A DNA stretch of 64,000 nt from an uncultured Trueperaceae bacterium (GTDB taxonomy: Bacteria; Deinococcota; Deinococci; Deinococcales; Trueperaceae): contig CAWCXJ010000006.1 in NCBI GenBank assembly GCA_963799485.1, positions 320,001 through 384,000 on the forward strand. The letters are read 5' to 3'. Made by a program: the position numbers and the translations under genes. The notes below the pieces were generated by a model. The model did no database searches. It saw only the letters and a program-made list of their open reading frames with translations, and was not told where the DNA came from. How positions within the stretch are numbered: position 1 is the first letter of the stretch; every line of letters starts with the position of its first letter. Positions 38,679-51,189 of this stretch are shown here, in pieces.

Positions 38679-39587
38679 CTAAACCTCGAGGTTCCGCTCC
38701 GTGCGCGGTTCTATCTCTAGCTCCGGCTGCACTTCAGCCGGGTGTTGCCGCTTCGGGCGTCCGCCCTGCGTCAGACGGTCGAGCACCACCGCCATGATCA
38801 CGATGGCTAGTCCCGCCTCGAAACCGAGGCCGATGTCGAGCGTGTTCATCCCGCGAATGACCTCCTGGCCCAGCCCGCCCGCCCCGATCAGCGCGGCAAT
38901 CACGACCATCGAGAGCGAGAGCATAATCGACTGGTTGACGCCTGCTAGCAGGGTCGGCAGCGCGAGGGGCAGTTCGACCTTGACGAGCCGTTGCCACCGC
39001 GTACCCCCAAACGCGTCGGACGCTTCAGTTACGTCTTGCGGGACGTTCCGGAGGCCTAAGTTGGTCAGGCGGACAAGCGGCGGCATCGCAAAAATCACGG
39101 TGGCGACGACTCCCGGCACCAAGCCGAGGCCGAAAAACGTCACCGCCGGAATCAGGTAGACAAACGACGGCATCGTCTGCATAAAGTCGAGTACCGGGCG
39201 CACCAGGCGTTCGGCAACCCGGCTGAACGCCATCAAAATACCGAGCGGAACGCCCAGCAGCACCGTGACGATTTCTGCGGAGAGTACCAGCGTCAGGGTC
39301 AGCAAAAACGCGTCCCAGAGCCCCAGATTGACGACGAGCAGGAGGCTGAGGAGGGCGAATATCGCGGTGCGGACGCCGCGCAGTCGCCACAAGAGAAGCG
39401 CCACGAGGCCGATTAAGAGCCAGAAGGGGAAGAGTTCCAGGCCCTTATTCAACCCTTCAATGAGCGTAAGTGCGCCGCTGCTAAAGGTGTCGAAGCTGCC
39501 GGAGAAGGTGCGCTCGAGCCAGTCCACCCCGCCGTTCACCCAGCCGCCGAGGGGAATCCCCTCTTGAAGCCAGGTTGGCAGGCTCAC
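38679..39587 (-). CDS. proW: Glycine betaine/proline ABC permease
   Basis: LDFMQTMPSFVYLIP, GVNQSIMLSLSMVV. Confidence 0.93.
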   Translation of the reverse strand: MSLPTWLQEGIPLGGWVNGGVDWLERTFSGSFDTFSSGALTLIEGLNKGLELFPFWLLIGLVALLLWRLRGVRTAIFALLSLLLVVNLGLWDAFLLTLTLVLSAEIVTVLLGVPLGILMAFSRVAERLVRPVLDFMQTMPSFVYLIPAVTFFGLGLVPGVVATVIFAMPPLVRLTNLGLRNVPQDVTEASDAFGGTRWQRLVKVELPLALPTLLAGVNQSIMLSLSMVVIAALIGAGGLGQEVIRGMNTLDIGLGFEAGLAIVIMAVVLDRLTQGGRPKRQHPAEVQPELEIEPRTERNLEV

Positions 39588-40627
39588 GCGCTGCGCCCCA
39601 AAGCTGCCAAAACGTTTTGCGGCGTAACGGTGCCGAGCAGCTGACCGCCCTCGCCGACGACCGCAACGACCGCGTGTTGTGAGGAGAGCCGAACGACGTC
39701 TCTGAGCGGTGTTTCGGGGCCGACGCGGTGTTCGGGTACGGCGGCTCCGCTCACAGGCGCGTGCATCACGCTGCCGGCGGTCAGCACCGCCGTTTTATCG
39801 ACACCTGCGACAAACGCTGCGACGTAGCTGTTGGCAGGCTGCATGACAATCTCCTCGGGCGTGCCGACCTGTTGTACCTGTCCGCCTTTGAGGAGCGCCA
39901 CCCGGTCGCCGAGCCGGAGCGCTTCGTCCATATCGTGCGTGACCAAGACGATGGTTTTTTGCAGGCGTCGTTGCAAGTTCAAGAGTTCGCCCTGCAACTC
40001 GCGCCGGGTAATCGGATCGAGGGCGCTGAAGGGCTCGTCCATAAGCAAGATATCGCCGCCTAGAGCAAGCGCCCGCGCCAGCCCGAGGCGCTGCTGCATC
40101 CCGCCTGAGAGTTCGCGCGGGTAACGCTCCCCCAACCCGCCCAAGCCGACGAGCCTCAGCACTTCCCGGGCGCGGCGCAGCCGTTCGGGTTTAGGGACGT
40201 GTTGCAGCTCGAGCCCGAACAGCACGTTGCCCAACACCGTCCGGTGCGGCAAAAGCGCAAACCCCTGAAAGACCATGCCGCTAAAAAGTTTCCGGCGCAG
40301 CGCAATCAACTCTCTACGCTTTAATGTGTCCAAATAGGTATCGCCGACCCTGACCCGTCCGGCGGTGGGTTGGTGAAGCCCGTTGAGCAGCCGCAACAGC
40401 GTTGATTTGCCCGAGCCCGAAAGCCCCATCAAGACGAAAATCTGCCCCTGCGGAATGCTCAGCGAGACGTCGAAAAGGCCCAAGCTTTCGCCCCCGCCGG
40501 TACGCCCGGACGCCGCAAAACGTGCTAATGCAGCCTCCGGTTGGGGGCCGTAAACCTTCGAGACGTGCTCGAGGGAGAGCTGCACGGGTACTTTTACGGC
40601 GGGCCGGGTTAAAGGCGCTGGTGTCAC
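39584..40627 (-). CDS. proV: Glycine betaine/proline ABC ATPase
   Basis: MGLSGSGKST, LSGGMQQR, MDEPFSALDP. Confidence 0.93.
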   Translation of the reverse strand: MTPAPLTRPAVKVPVQLSLEHVSKVYGPQPEAALARFAASGRTGGGESLGLFDVSLSIPQGQIFVLMGLSGSGKSTLLRLLNGLHQPTAGRVRVGDTYLDTLKRRELIALRRKLFSGMVFQGFALLPHRTVLGNVLFGLELQHVPKPERLRRAREVLRLVGLGGLGERYPRELSGGMQQRLGLARALALGGDILLMDEPFSALDPITRRELQGELLNLQRRLQKTIVLVTHDMDEALRLGDRVALLKGGQVQQVGTPEEIVMQPANSYVAAFVAGVDKTAVLTAGSVMHAPVSGAAVPEHRVGPETPLRDVVRLSSQHAVVAVVGEGGQLLGTVTPQNVLAALGRSA

Positions 40628-40812
40628 GGGTCAGCTTAACATTCGGTGAGGGTTGCGCCGTAATGCTTTGAGATGCACCGACAAGAGCAGGCGGACGCAT
40701 TACCGGAAAAACTTGCACTCTGGGATATAAAGGTAGGGTCGAAAGACAGTAACACGTACTAAATCAACATTGCAGCGGTACTAAACCAAGTTGTAAAAAC
40801 GAGAGGAAACGG

Positions 40813-41733
40813 ATGCTAAAACGCGTAATGTGCTTGTTGGGAATTGTGTCGGTGCTGAGTTTGGGGGCCGCTCAAGAGGTCGATTTCGGTTACGTCGAGT
40901 GGCCCGAAGCCGTGATGAAAACGCACGTCGTTTCGGACGTGCTGGAAGCCATGGGTTTTGAGACGACGATGCAATCTCTGAGTGTTCCGCTCGTCTTAAA
41001 AGGCGTTTCGACCGGCGACCTCGATGTGTTCTTAGAGACCTGGTTGCCGAGTATGCAGAGCATGGTCGAGCCTTATCTGGCGGACGGCTCGCTGACGATG
41101 AGCGCCCGTAACCTCGAGGGCACCTTGTACCGCGCCGCCGTCCCGACCTACGTTTACGAGGCGGGTGTGACCTCGATTGCCGACCTTGCGCCAAACGCCG
41201 AGCAGTTTAGCAGCGAGTATTACGGCATCGAACCGGGCAACGACGGCAACGAGATCATGCGTAAGGCCATTGAAGCCGACACCTACGGCCTGTCGGACTG
41301 GAAGCTTGTCGAGAGTTCCGAACAGGGGATGCTGCAGATGGTGGGGCGCGCGACCGAGCGCGGTGACTGGATTGTTTTCTCGGGTTGGAAACCGCACTGG
41401 ATGAATACGGCCTTTGACATCTCGTACTTAGACGACCCCGAAGACATCTGGGGCGGCGAAGGGTACGTCGCTACGGTGGCGAACACGCAGTATTTGGAGG
41501 CGAATCCTAACCTGGCACGGTTTTTCAGGCAGTTTACGGTCACAACTGAAACGCAGAGCGGCTGGATTGAAGCGTACGGACGTCAGGGGCGTGATCCGGA
41601 AGAGGTCTCAGGCGCGTGGATTCGGGCGAACCTGGCGACCGTTAAAGGTTGGGCCGAAGGCGTTAAAACGGCGGATGGGGAAGACGCGGGGGCGGCGCTC
41701 GAGGCCGCCTTCGGCACTACCGCGCCGAACTAA
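40813..41733 (+). CDS. proX: Glycine betaine ABC substrate-binding protein
   Basis: Signal peptide; YVEW, WLP, GIEPGNDGN, GWKPHWMN. Confidence 0.9.
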   Translation: MLKRVMCLLGIVSVLSLGAAQEVDFGYVEWPEAVMKTHVVSDVLEAMGFETTMQSLSVPLVLKGVSTGDLDVFLETWLPSMQSMVEPYLADGSLTMSARNLEGTLYRAAVPTYVYEAGVTSIADLAPNAEQFSSEYYGIEPGNDGNEIMRKAIEADTYGLSDWKLVESSEQGMLQMVGRATERGDWIVFSGWKPHWMNTAFDISYLDDPEDIWGGEGYVATVANTQYLEANPNLARFFRQFTVTTETQSGWIEAYGRQGRDPEEVSGAWIRANLATVKGWAEGVKTADGEDAGAALEAAFGTTAPN

Positions 41734-41757
41734 CGACATCTGGCTTACGAAAAAATA

Positions 41758-41788
41758 AGGGAGGCCGCTTTGACGGCCTCCCTGTTTT
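41758..41788. terminator. Probable bidirectional intrinsic terminator
   Basis: AGGGAGGCCG-loop-CGGCCTCCCT stem with A- and T-rich flanks, between convergent genes. Confidence 0.85.
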
Positions 41789-41813
41789 GTTCTCGAGATT
41801 TTAACTGCCAGCT

Positions 41814-42977
41814 CTAACGCATCCCTAAAAGCAGTTCGGTAGTCAACTGGTCGAGTTTCTCGAGTCCCGGCCCGCGTGTCCGCAGCGCTTCAACGTCAAA
41901 GGTGCGGCTTTTAAGCGATTCGGCGTTTTCAGTGCTGAAGGTCTTGCTGAGCGCCTCGAGCCCCTCATCTTTGACCTTGTATTCAGCGATAAGCCCCTGA
42001 ATCTCGCTGTCTTCGCCGAACTGCTGCACTTTTTCCTTGAGCATCAGGTAGGTCTTGATGCAGCCTTCGGCAAACGCCCACACCCCGGCCTCGTCTTCGG
42101 TGCGGAGCGCGTGCGCGTCGAAGTGCCGAACGCCGTCGTAACCCGACTCTTCCAAGAGTTTTACGGTAAAAAATGCGCCCTTGAGGTTTTCCGCGCCGAA
42201 ACGCAAATCCTGGTCGAAACGGCCCGGTTTCTGGTCGTTCAGGTCGATGTGAAAAAGCTTGCCCGCGTCGAGAGCTTGCGCGACCGCATGCGGAAACGAC
42301 AGCCCCGCCATCGTCTCGTGCGCGAACTCGGGGTTGACGCCGAAGTGTTCAGGTTTGTCGAGGGTCGTAATAAAGCCCAACGCCGAGCCGACGGTCGGCA
42401 GGTAGATGTCACCTCTGGGTTCGTTGGGTTTGGGCTCGAGGGCGAACTTGTAGCCGTACCCCTGCGAGACAGAATATTCGCCTAAAAAGTTGAGCGCTTC
42501 GCGGAAATGCTCCAGAGCGTCCACCGTGTTGCAGCCGGCATCGACTTCCGCGCCCTCACGTCCGCCCCAAAAAACGTAGGTCGGTGCGCCGAGTTCAGCA
42601 CCCAAATCCATCGATTTCATCGTTTTTTGCAGTGCAAAGGCGCGTACCCGTGCATCGGCGGAGGTAAACGCGCCGTCTTTGAACACCGGGTCGGTGAAGA
42701 GGTTAGTGGTCGCCATCGTAACCCGGAGGCCGTGGTCGCTGAGCGCCTCTTTGAATTCGGCGACGATGCGGTCGCGCTCTTGCAGCGAGGCGCCGAACGG
42801 AACCAAGTCGTTGTCGTGTAGAGACACGCCGTAAGCGCCTAGTGCGGCGAGCTTTTGCACGCTGTAGGTGGGCTTTAAGGGCTTCCGGGTCGGTTCGCCG
42901 AAAGGGTCACGGCCGGGGTTGCCGACGGTCCAGAGGCCGAAGGTAAACTTGTCCGAGACTTGCGGGGTTAAGGTCAT
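41814..42977 (-). CDS. xylA: Xylose isomerase (class I)
   Basis: [38 protein letters not shown]. Confidence 0.97.
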   Translation of the reverse strand: MTLTPQVSDKFTFGLWTVGNPGRDPFGEPTRKPLKPTYSVQKLAALGAYGVSLHDNDLVPFGASLQERDRIVAEFKEALSDHGLRVTMATTNLFTDPVFKDGAFTSADARVRAFALQKTMKSMDLGAELGAPTYVFWGGREGAEVDAGCNTVDALEHFREALNFLGEYSVSQGYGYKFALEPKPNEPRGDIYLPTVGSALGFITTLDKPEHFGVNPEFAHETMAGLSFPHAVAQALDAGKLFHIDLNDQKPGRFDQDLRFGAENLKGAFFTVKLLEESGYDGVRHFDAHALRTEDEAGVWAFAEGCIKTYLMLKEKVQQFGEDSEIQGLIAEYKVKDEGLEALSKTFSTENAESLKSRTFDVEALRTRGPGLEKLDQLTTELLLGMR

Positions 42978-43040
42978 CAAAAACTCCTAAATAGTTTTCC
43001 AAACAACTCTCATCAGCCTAAACCACCGCGCCGTTAAAAC

Positions 43041-43811
43041 TCAAGCAGCTTTGTCTTGCCCCAAAATAATCATGCTGAGCACCTCGTCTTGCGTAACGTC
43101 TTCTGTCCGGTGGGTGCCGACGAGCCGCCCGTTATGCATCACGCTCACCCGGTCGGTCAGGCTAAAGACGTCGTGGATGTCGTGACTGATCAGAAAAATC
43201 CCGATTCCTTCGCGTTTAAGCTGCGCGATCAGCTCGCCAACTTTTTGCGTCTCCTGCGGGCCCAAAGCGGCGGTCGGTTCGTCCATGATCAGGACTTTGG
43301 CGTTGAAGTAAACGGCTCTGCCGATGGCAATCGCCTGCCGCTGACCGCCGGAAAAGTTCCTGACCGGGTCGCGGAGTGAACCGATTTTGAGGTCGAGGCG
43401 GTCTAGAATCTTGCGGGTTTCGCCCTCCATCTTGTCGTCGTCTACCGCGCCGAAAGGCCCGGTCAGCTCACGCCCCAAAAAGATATTCGCCGAAGCGGTG
43501 AGGTTGTCGGCCAGGGCGAGGGCCTGATAGATGGTTTCGACGCCGTACTTTTTGGCGTCTTTGGGCGTGCGAATGGTGGCGGGTTGCCCTGAGACCAAGA
43601 TGTCGCCCTTGTCGGCGGTGTAAGCGCCCGAGAGGATTTTGATCAGGGTGCTTTTGCCCGCGCCGTTGTGACCTAAAAGGCCCAGGACTTCACCGGGGTA
43701 GAGGTCGATAGAAACGTCTTCTACCGCGTGAACGCCGCCGAACGACTTGTAGATGTGGCGCATTTCGACCAAGGGTGTACCAACTGTGGGGGTAGTTGTG
43801 TCGGCACTCAT
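43041..43811 (-). CDS. Xylose ABC transporter ATPase (single domain)
   Basis: [23 protein letters not shown]. Confidence 0.92.
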   Translation of the reverse strand: MSADTTTPTVGTPLVEMRHIYKSFGGVHAVEDVSIDLYPGEVLGLLGHNGAGKSTLIKILSGAYTADKGDILVSGQPATIRTPKDAKKYGVETIYQALALADNLTASANIFLGRELTGPFGAVDDDKMEGETRKILDRLDLKIGSLRDPVRNFSGGQRQAIAIGRAVYFNAKVLIMDEPTAALGPQETQKVGELIAQLKREGIGIFLISHDIHDVFSLTDRVSVMHNGRLVGTHRTEDVTQDEVLSMIILGQDKAA

Positions 43812-43812
43812 C

Positions 43813-45078
43813 TTAATCCGTTTCCAGACCGCTGCGGCGACGGTACAAGACGTCGAACCAGACCGCGACGATCAGCACGCCGCCGATGACGACCTGTTGC
43901 AGGGGGCTCGAGAGTCCTACCAAGACCATTCCGCTCTGCAAACTCTGCATCAAAAGCGCCCCCAGCATCGCCCCGGCGATGCTGCCGTAACCGCCCGCGA
44001 GCGAGGTACCGCCGATGACTACTGCGGCAATGACGTAAAGTTCGGTCAGGGTACCGGTCGAGTTCGCGCCGGCGTTGAGGCGGGCCGTCGCTACGGCCCC
44101 GGCGACGGCGCTGAGCATCCCGATAACAATAAAAATCCAGAGCCGCACCCGTTTGGTATCGACGCCTGCTAAGGCCGTCGCTTCGGGGTTGCCGCCTAAC
44201 GCGTAGACGTAACGCCCGAAGCGGGTCTGACCGGCAACGTAGTTCATCAGCAGCGCAATGGTAATCGTAATCAGCGCCGGTACCGGAATCCCGCGCGGAA
44301 CGTCGCTGCGCGGCTGCGTATAGGCGTTCATCAGCAGCACAAACCCGGCGATCAGGCCGACGCTGACTAAAAGCGTGACCCCTTCGGCCCAGAGCGGTTT
44401 GACGGGGAACTCGAGCCTTTGCCGCTTGGCCCGTCCGCGTACCGTACTGACCAGCAGCGCCAGAATCGCCGCGCCCCCGACAATCCAGCTCCAGGTGCCG
44501 CCGATCGACCCGCTGCCGAGCGTCAGAAAGGGTGCGTCAAGCGGCGCGACGGTGCGGCCTTGTGTCACGAGCCACGCGCCGCCGCGCCAGATAAGGAGCC
44601 CGGCCAGGGTGACGATAAACGACGGCACGCCTTGATACGCAATCCAGTACCCTTGAAATGCGCCGACCAGACCGCCGATGATGATCCCGAGCACGACGCC
44701 GACAAGCCAGCCGAACGGGACGTTCGGGGCCAACCACTCGACCTGCGCCGCCGCCATGATCATGCCTAAAAAGCCCAAGAGCGACCCGACCGAGAGGTCG
44801 ATCTGCCGGGTGACGATAACCAGCACCATCCCGGTCGCCACGATGCCGACCACGCTCGCCTGCACGACCAGGTTCCAGAGGTTGCGCGGGGTCAGAAAGG
44901 TGCCGTCGGTAAAGATATTGAAAATAAGCCAGATTGCGAGCAGCGCCCCGACCATACCGAGGAGCCGGGGGTCGAGCTCGAGCGCCTCCAGCACCCCACC
45001 AAAACCGCCCTTGGTTTTCTCGTCTTGTGTCTGATCTCGCGTCTTGTTTTGAGTCGCCATAGCGCCTTCTTGGTTCAT
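43813..45078 (-). CDS. xylH: Xylose ABC transporter permease
   Basis: [29 protein letters not shown]. Confidence 0.9.
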   Translation of the reverse strand: MNQEGAMATQNKTRDQTQDEKTKGGFGGVLEALELDPRLLGMVGALLAIWLIFNIFTDGTFLTPRNLWNLVVQASVVGIVATGMVLVIVTRQIDLSVGSLLGFLGMIMAAAQVEWLAPNVPFGWLVGVVLGIIIGGLVGAFQGYWIAYQGVPSFIVTLAGLLIWRGGAWLVTQGRTVAPLDAPFLTLGSGSIGGTWSWIVGGAAILALLVSTVRGRAKRQRLEFPVKPLWAEGVTLLVSVGLIAGFVLLMNAYTQPRSDVPRGIPVPALITITIALLMNYVAGQTRFGRYVYALGGNPEATALAGVDTKRVRLWIFIVIGMLSAVAGAVATARLNAGANSTGTLTELYVIAAVVIGGTSLAGGYGSIAGAMLGALLMQSLQSGMVLVGLSSPLQQVVIGGVLIVAVWFDVLYRRRSGLETD

Positions 45079-45160
45079 AAGATTTGGTACCTAAAATAAA
45101 CAGGGGAGAGCCGTCCGCACCGGTTTACCTCATTGGTAAAGACGGCTCTAATGGTCTAGC

Positions 45161-46177
45161 TTACTGACACGCGCTCGGCGCGTCGGCTCCGACTCCTTTA
45201 CAGACCTCTGCTTTGGTAATCCAGCCTGCGTCGATTACTACATTCAGGTTATCGCGGGTAATCGGCACGGGTTTGAGCAAGATGGCGTTCATTTCGGTTC
45301 CGTTCGGGCCGTCGCTAAAGGTCGTCGCCCCTTCGACGTCGGTGAGGGCCGCGCCACCTGCTAAATTCATAGCAATTTCGGCAGCTTTCGCGCCCAGGGT
45401 GCGCGAATCTTTCCAGACACTCACCGTCTGCGTACCGAGCGCGATACGGTTGAGGGCGGCAAAATCGGCGTCCTGACCTGAAACCGGCAAGCCCTCCAAC
45501 CCCTGCGCCGTCAGCGCCGCGACCACGCCCCCGGCGGTACCGTCGTTCGAGGCGACTACGGCGTCGACGTTGTTGTTGTTCGCCGTTAAAATCTGCTCCA
45601 TGTTGCGCTGCGCGTTTTCCGGCAGCCAGCCGTCGGTGTACTGGTCGCCGACAATCGTGATGTCGCCGCTGTCGATGGCGCTTTGCAACACCTCGAGCTG
45701 CCCCTGATTCAAAAAGTCGGCGTTGGGGTCGGTCGGGCTTCCCTTGATAAAGACGTAGTTGCCGGTCGGTTGCACGTCATAGACGGCTTGGGCTTGCAAG
45801 CGTCCGACCTCGACGTTATCGAAGGTCAGGTAAAAGACACCCGGGTCTTCGATCAGCCGGTCGTAGGCGACAACCGGGATGCCCTCTTGGGCGGCCCGCG
45901 TTACGGCGGGAATGATCGCCTCGTTGTCTTGCGCCAGGATAATCAGCGCGTCTACGCCGCGCGTAATCAGCGCGTCGATGTCCGAAAGCTGTTTTTCCGG
46001 GGAGCTTTGCGCGTCGGCGCTCAGGTATTCGCCGCCGAGTTCATTTAGTTTAGCCTTGATCGCCGCTTCGTCGGTTTTCCACCGCTCCTCTTGAAAGTTC
46101 GACCAGCTGACGCCGATGGTTTGCGCCGACGCCGCCGCGCACAGTGCCAAAAGTCCAACTGCTAAAGCTCGCTTCAT
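45161..46177 (-). CDS. xylF: D-xylose ABC substrate-binding protein
   Basis: [28 protein letters not shown]. Confidence 0.92.
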   Translation of the reverse strand: MKRALAVGLLALCAAASAQTIGVSWSNFQEERWKTDEAAIKAKLNELGGEYLSADAQSSPEKQLSDIDALITRGVDALIILAQDNEAIIPAVTRAAQEGIPVVAYDRLIEDPGVFYLTFDNVEVGRLQAQAVYDVQPTGNYVFIKGSPTDPNADFLNQGQLEVLQSAIDSGDITIVGDQYTDGWLPENAQRNMEQILTANNNNVDAVVASNDGTAGGVVAALTAQGLEGLPVSGQDADFAALNRIALGTQTVSVWKDSRTLGAKAAEIAMNLAGGAALTDVEGATTFSDGPNGTEMNAILLKPVPITRDNLNVVIDAGWITKAEVCKGVGADAPSACQ

Positions 46178-46345
46178 TCGGTACCCTTTCTATACTGACA
46201 TACAGCAAACACCCATATGGGCGTTGTTGCTTCTTGAATCCCCCGCGCTACACGTCTGGCTAGGTCTCGTCAACTGTGCGGTGCTTTATTCGGTTGCGTC
46301 TTTAGCCAAACGTACTCTATCGGGCCGGTAAGGGCGTGTCAAGCT

Positions 46346-47500
46346 TTAACCGGGCTGCCGGCGCACGTCCGTCCACTTCCGCGTGCTCTGCGAACTCTCG
46401 ACGGTTTTCTCGATAAAGTGCACGCCCCGCGCCCCGTCGTACACGGTGGGAAAGTCGAGTGCATCTGCTGGAATAGACGCCCCTTCTTTACGGGCGCGCA
46501 TCGCCGCCGCCGCGCCCCGGTAGATGTTGGCAAAAGCTTCCAAAAACGCTTCAGGATGTCCGGCAGGAATGCGCGAGGCGTTTTTAGCTGCGTCACTAAG
46601 GTACGGGTTGTTGGGCCGCCGGAGCTGCACCGGTTCGCCGCTCGGTTTGACAAACAGGTTCATCGGCTCCTCCTGGTACCACTCGAGCCCCCCTGTTTCG
46701 CCGTAAACCTTGAGCCGCAGCCCGTTCTCTTCCCCGGCTGAAATCTGCGAGGCGATGAGCACGCCCTTCGCGCCACCTTCAAAGCGTAAAAGGACGTTGC
46801 CGTCGTCGTCGAGCTTGCGGCCCGGCACGAAGCTCGTGAGGTCGGCGCAGATGGCGTCAAGCTCCAAGCCGGTCACGTAACTCACGAGCTGCTCGGCGTG
46901 CGAGCCGATGTCGCCGATGGCTCCCGCGACGCCGCTTTTTGCCGGGTCGGTGCGCCAGTCGGCCTGTTTGTTCGACACCTCGTCGGCGAGCCAGCCCTGG
47001 TTGTATTCGACGATGATTTTACGGATTTTCCCGATTTGCCCTGAGCTGACTAAATGCTTGGCTTCCTTGACCATCGGATAACCCGAGTAGTTATAGGTCA
47101 CGGCGAACACGACGCCGGTTTTCTCGACCGTTTTGATGAGTTCATCCGCCTGTTCGCTCGTATGCACCAGCGGTTTGTCCGACACGACGTTAAACCCAGC
47201 CCCGGCAAACGCGTGCGCCACCGGAAAGTGCATGTGGTTGGGCGTCACCACCGACACGAAATCGATGCGTTCGTCTTCGGGCAAGGCTTGCTCACCGGAA
47301 AGCATCTCTTCCCACGAGCCGTAAGCGCGGTTTTCGGCAAGCCCCAGTTCAATTCCCGAAGCTTTGGCCTTTTCCGGGGTAGACGAGAGCGCCCCCGCTA
47401 CGAACTCGATCTGACCGTCTAACGCCGCCGCCATCCGGTGAACCGCGCCGATAAAGGCGTCTTTGCCGCCGCCGACCATGCCCATTTTGAGTTTTTTCAT
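46346..47500 (-). CDS. Gfo/Idh/MocA oxidoreductase
   Basis: [28 protein letters not shown]. Confidence 0.93.
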   Translation of the reverse strand: MKKLKMGMVGGGKDAFIGAVHRMAAALDGQIEFVAGALSSTPEKAKASGIELGLAENRAYGSWEEMLSGEQALPEDERIDFVSVVTPNHMHFPVAHAFAGAGFNVVSDKPLVHTSEQADELIKTVEKTGVVFAVTYNYSGYPMVKEAKHLVSSGQIGKIRKIIVEYNQGWLADEVSNKQADWRTDPAKSGVAGAIGDIGSHAEQLVSYVTGLELDAICADLTSFVPGRKLDDDGNVLLRFEGGAKGVLIASQISAGEENGLRLKVYGETGGLEWYQEEPMNLFVKPSGEPVQLRRPNNPYLSDAAKNASRIPAGHPEAFLEAFANIYRGAAAAMRARKEGASIPADALDFPTVYDGARGVHFIEKTVESSQSTRKWTDVRRQPG

Positions 47501-47511
47501 GTACCCTCACT

Positions 47512-48060
47512 TTATAAGATTGTCTTGTCGTACAGCTCACCGAAGCACAGGTTTGTGCCGACGCACGGCACCGGGATGCTGTTGTCAACCGTAAAAGAGC
47601 GCTCTTCCCACCCCTGCGGTTGTCGGTAGTAACCTGTGACCTCACGTTTACGGGAATCGATCAGCAAGTAAAGTTGCAACCGCTCGAGCGCCAGATACGA
47701 GAAGCGTTTCTCGAGCCTGTCCTTACGCGCCGTAGACGGGCTGACGACCTCGGCGATGACGCACGGTGACGTTTCGTAAAAATTATCTGCCGGAGGCTCG
47801 CAGACGACCATCGTATCCGGGTAATAAAAAACCCGCTCTTCGACCCGGAGTTTCATATCGCTGCCGTAAACGCGGCAGTCGCTCTCAGTTGCCGCATTGC
47901 CCAGAAGCCGCACGACGTTGGCACAGATGACGTTGTGCGTAACGCTGCCCCCGGCTAGCGCAAAGACCTCGCCGTAAACGTATTCGTGACGGACTTCGGC
48001 CTCTTGTTCGGCCTCGAGGTATTCGTCTACCGTAATTTCGGTGATGAGACGCGCTTGCAT
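47512..48060 (-). CDS. Uma2 family (DUF820) endonuclease-fold protein
   Basis: RHEYVYGE, YYPD, EVVSPST...D...K...Y. Confidence 0.92.
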   Translation of the reverse strand: MQARLITEITVDEYLEAEQEAEVRHEYVYGEVFALAGGSVTHNVICANVVRLLGNAATESDCRVYGSDMKLRVEERVFYYPDTMVVCEPPADNFYETSPCVIAEVVSPSTARKDRLEKRFSYLALERLQLYLLIDSRKREVTGYYRQPQGWEERSFTVDNSIPVPCVGTNLCFGELYDKTIL

Positions 48061-48069
48061 AGCTTGAGT

Positions 48070-49071
48070 TTACTCGCGCCCAAACGCCGCGTCGAACGCG
48101 CCACCCGCCGGGGCAAAGTCGAGCCGTTTGGTAAACGCCGCCGACTCGGTGCCGCCGTGCACCCTGTCCATACGGGAGTCTTCCCACTCGATGCTTAAAG
48201 GCCCGTCGTAGCCGACGTCGTTCAAGGCCACGATGATGGTCTCGAAGTTGATGTCGCCGCGCCCGACACTTCTAAAGTCCCAGTAGCGGCGCGGGTCGCC
48301 GAAATCGGTGTGACCGCCGAACACGCCCGCCTCGCCGGTGCCGTGCCCCCACCAGGCATCTTTCATATGGACGTGAAAGATGTGTTCGCCGAACTCGTAG
48401 ATAAACTTCACGTAGTCCACACCCTGATACCCCAAATGCGACGGGTCGTAGTTAAAACCGAGTCGTTTGTGATGGTTGACGGCCTCTAACGCCCGTTTTG
48501 CCGAGGCGACGTCGAAGGCGATTTCGGTCGGATGAACCTCGAGCCCGAAGTTAATCCCCTGTTCGTCGAATACGTCCAGAATTGGCGTCCAGCGAGTTGC
48601 AAAATCTTCAAAGCCCTTGTCCCAGTAGGCTTGCGTGGTCGGGGGAAAGGCGTACAAGCTGCCCCAAATTGACGAGCCCGTAAAACCGTTGACAACGCCC
48701 ACACCGAGTTTTGCCGCAGCTCTCGCGGTATCTTTAATCTCTTCAGCGGCGCGCTGCCTTACGCCTTCAGGGTCGCCGTCGCCCCAGACGTGTTCCGGCA
48801 CAATCGCCTTGTGCCGTTCGTCGACCGGGTCGCAGACGGCTTGCCCGACGAGGTGGTTGGCGACGGCGTAGCATTTGAGGTCGTGTTCGGCTAACAGGTC
48901 GTGACGGCCCTGCGCGTAGTCGGGTTCTGAAAGGGCGCGCTGCACATCGAAGTGGTCGCCCCAGCAGGCTAGCTCGAGGCCGTCGTAGCCCATCTCTTTG
49001 GCTAGGGGTGCAAGTTCGGCTAAGGGTAAGTCGGCCCACTGGCCGGTAAACAAGGTGACGGGTCGCGGCAT
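48070..49071 (-). CDS. Sugar phosphate isomerase/epimerase (xylose-isomerase-like TIM barrel)
   Basis: [34 protein letters not shown]. Confidence 0.92.
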   Translation of the reverse strand: MPRPVTLFTGQWADLPLAELAPLAKEMGYDGLELACWGDHFDVQRALSEPDYAQGRHDLLAEHDLKCYAVANHLVGQAVCDPVDERHKAIVPEHVWGDGDPEGVRQRAAEEIKDTARAAAKLGVGVVNGFTGSSIWGSLYAFPPTTQAYWDKGFEDFATRWTPILDVFDEQGINFGLEVHPTEIAFDVASAKRALEAVNHHKRLGFNYDPSHLGYQGVDYVKFIYEFGEHIFHVHMKDAWWGHGTGEAGVFGGHTDFGDPRRYWDFRSVGRGDINFETIIVALNDVGYDGPLSIEWEDSRMDRVHGGTESAAFTKRLDFAPAGGAFDAAFGRE

Positions 49072-49107
49072 AAATCTCCAATCGTGACGCTAGCTTTAAC
49101 AGTTACC

Positions 49108-49143
49108 AAAATAACAGGAGCAGCCCGTAAGGCGAGCCGCTCC
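49108..49143 (-). terminator. Intrinsic terminator after the SBP gene
   Basis: GGAGCGGCTCG-CCTTA-CGGGCTGCTCC followed by TGTTATTTT on the minus strand. Confidence 0.7.
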
Positions 49144-49157
49144 AGCGCAGTGTGAGC

Positions 49158-50099
49158 TTAAAAGGGAGAATCGGGGTAGTAAAACTGCTCGGCGTTTTCC
49201 GGGGTGACGAGCTCGGACTCGAGCAGATACTCGCCCACAATCGGCACACCCGAGGTGTACTGCAAAGCCGTGACTTCCATGGCGGTGGCAATCATCGAAG
49301 GCGGATAGGTCACATCGACCGGAATCAGCGTGTCGCCGTCCATCACGCGTTTGATGACCTCTTTTTTACCTGCGCCGCCGACGATGAAGAGGTCGCCCGC
49401 GCGCCCTGCTTGCTCAACTGCCGCGACGACGCCTTCAGCCATGTCGTCGTCCGAAGCCCAGATCGCGTCGATGTCCGGGAATCTCGTCAGCATATCTTGC
49501 GTTACCGTAAAGGCGTCATCGCGGTTCCAGTTGCCGTACTGAGAGTCCAAAACGTTGATCCCGGAACCCTCCAACGCCGCGTTAAAAGCTTCAAAGCGCT
49601 GATTGTCAATGACCGTGGGTAACCCCCGTAAAATCACGATGTTGTCGCCCTCGTTCAGGCGCTCGGTAAAGTATTCCCCGGCAACGCGCCCGAACGCCAC
49701 GTTGTCCCCCGCAACGTAAAGGTCTTGGATACTCGGGTCGGCGAGGCCACGGTCAACCACCGTCACGAACACACCCTGCTCTTTAACCTGGGCGACGGGT
49801 TGGGTGAGCGGGTCGGACTCGAACGGGAGCACCACGAGCGCGTCGATCTGGTTGATGGCGAGCAAATCTTGCAGGTCGTTGGCCTGTTCGCCGGGGTCTG
49901 AGGCCGACGAGACCACGAACTCGAGGTTCGGGTACGTTTCTTGCAGCTGCGCGGCGGCCTGTTCCGCCCAGAAGTTGACGCCGCCCGTCCAGCCGTGGGT
50001 CGCTGCCGGAATCGAGACGCCGATGGTGACGGTCTCGTCCTGAGCTTGAGCTGCGCCGAAGGCGAGAAGAGAGGCGAGGATAAGGAGAGCGCGTTTCAT
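49158..50099 (-). CDS. Sugar ABC substrate-binding protein (RbsB-like)
   Basis: Signal peptide; [19 protein letters not shown]. Confidence 0.92.
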   Translation of the reverse strand: MKRALLILASLLAFGAAQAQDETVTIGVSIPAATHGWTGGVNFWAEQAAAQLQETYPNLEFVVSSASDPGEQANDLQDLLAINQIDALVVLPFESDPLTQPVAQVKEQGVFVTVVDRGLADPSIQDLYVAGDNVAFGRVAGEYFTERLNEGDNIVILRGLPTVIDNQRFEAFNAALEGSGINVLDSQYGNWNRDDAFTVTQDMLTRFPDIDAIWASDDDMAEGVVAAVEQAGRAGDLFIVGGAGKKEVIKRVMDGDTLIPVDVTYPPSMIATAMEVTALQYTSGVPIVGEYLLESELVTPENAEQFYYPDSPF

Positions 50100-50193
50100 G
50101 GGTATCCTTTCGTGTTGCTGAGAAGTGCTGTTGAGGGTGAAGGGGAGACGCCGTAAACGTGTAAACTACATCACCTTGCACCTCCTGTTAGAG

Positions 50194-51189
50194 TCATTCA
50201 TCTTGCCGCGTCCGTTGCAGCAGCACCGCCGCGATGATGATGACGCCCTGCACCGCGCCGTTTAGGTACTCGCTGATAAAGCCGGTGAGGTTTAGGACGT
50301 TGCCGATGGTCGAGAGCATCACAGCCCCGACGACCGTGCCCCAGATGTGCCCCGAACCGCCCTTGAGGGCCGTACCGCCGATGATCACGGCGGCGATGGC
50401 CTCGAGTTCCCACAACACCCCGGTACTTGCCGAGGCCGAACCGAGACGCGGCACGTAAATGATCGTCGCCAGCGAGACGCAGAGCCCCTGCAAGACGTAG
50501 GTCAGGGTTTGGATCCGGTCAACGCGAATCGCCGAGTAACGGGCGACGCGTTCACTCGAGCCGATCGCGTAAACGTAGCGCCCGAAACGCGTCCGGTGGA
50601 GGATCACGCTGCCAACAACAGCAACCGCTGCAAACACCCAGATTGGATACGGCACCCCCAAAAACGACCCCGAATAGACCGGCCCGTAAACGCTTCTGAC
50701 CTCGAAGTCGAGCGACAAGGTGCCGCCGTTGGCAAAGTAGGTGACAAGCGAACGGTAGATGCCGAGCGTCCCGAGCGTGACGATAAACGCCGCGATTTTG
50801 CCCCGTGTAATAATGATGCCGTTGATAAACCCCGCCGCAAGCCCCAGCAAGAGCGACGCCGCAACGCCGATTAAAACCGTCACGACGCCTGCCCCAAACG
50901 TATCGACGGCCCGGTTCATCACGATAATCATCACGCCCGCGATAAACGCCGCCATCGACCCGACCGACAGGTCTAAACCGCCGGAGATAATCACAAACGT
51001 CGCGCCGACCGCGATAATGCCGATAAACGCGCTTCTCGTCAGGACGTTAAAGAGGTTGATCGGCGACAAAAAGGCGTCGTTTAGGAGCGCGCCGACGACA
51101 AAGAGCACAATCAGTCCGAGCAGCGGCCCGAGCGTGCGAAGGTCGAAACGTGGCCCGCGCGCTGCGGGTATAACGGGTTCAGGCTGCAT
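50194..51189 (-). CDS. Sugar ABC permease
   Basis: [22 protein letters not shown]. Confidence 0.92.
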   Translation of the reverse strand: MQPEPVIPAARGPRFDLRTLGPLLGLIVLFVVGALLNDAFLSPINLFNVLTRSAFIGIIAVGATFVIISGGLDLSVGSMAAFIAGVMIIVMNRAVDTFGAGVVTVLIGVAASLLLGLAAGFINGIIITRGKIAAFIVTLGTLGIYRSLVTYFANGGTLSLDFEVRSVYGPVYSGSFLGVPYPIWVFAAVAVVGSVILHRTRFGRYVYAIGSSERVARYSAIRVDRIQTLTYVLQGLCVSLATIIYVPRLGSASASTGVLWELEAIAAVIIGGTALKGGSGHIWGTVVGAVMLSTIGNVLNLTGFISEYLNGAVQGVIIIAAVLLQRTRQDE

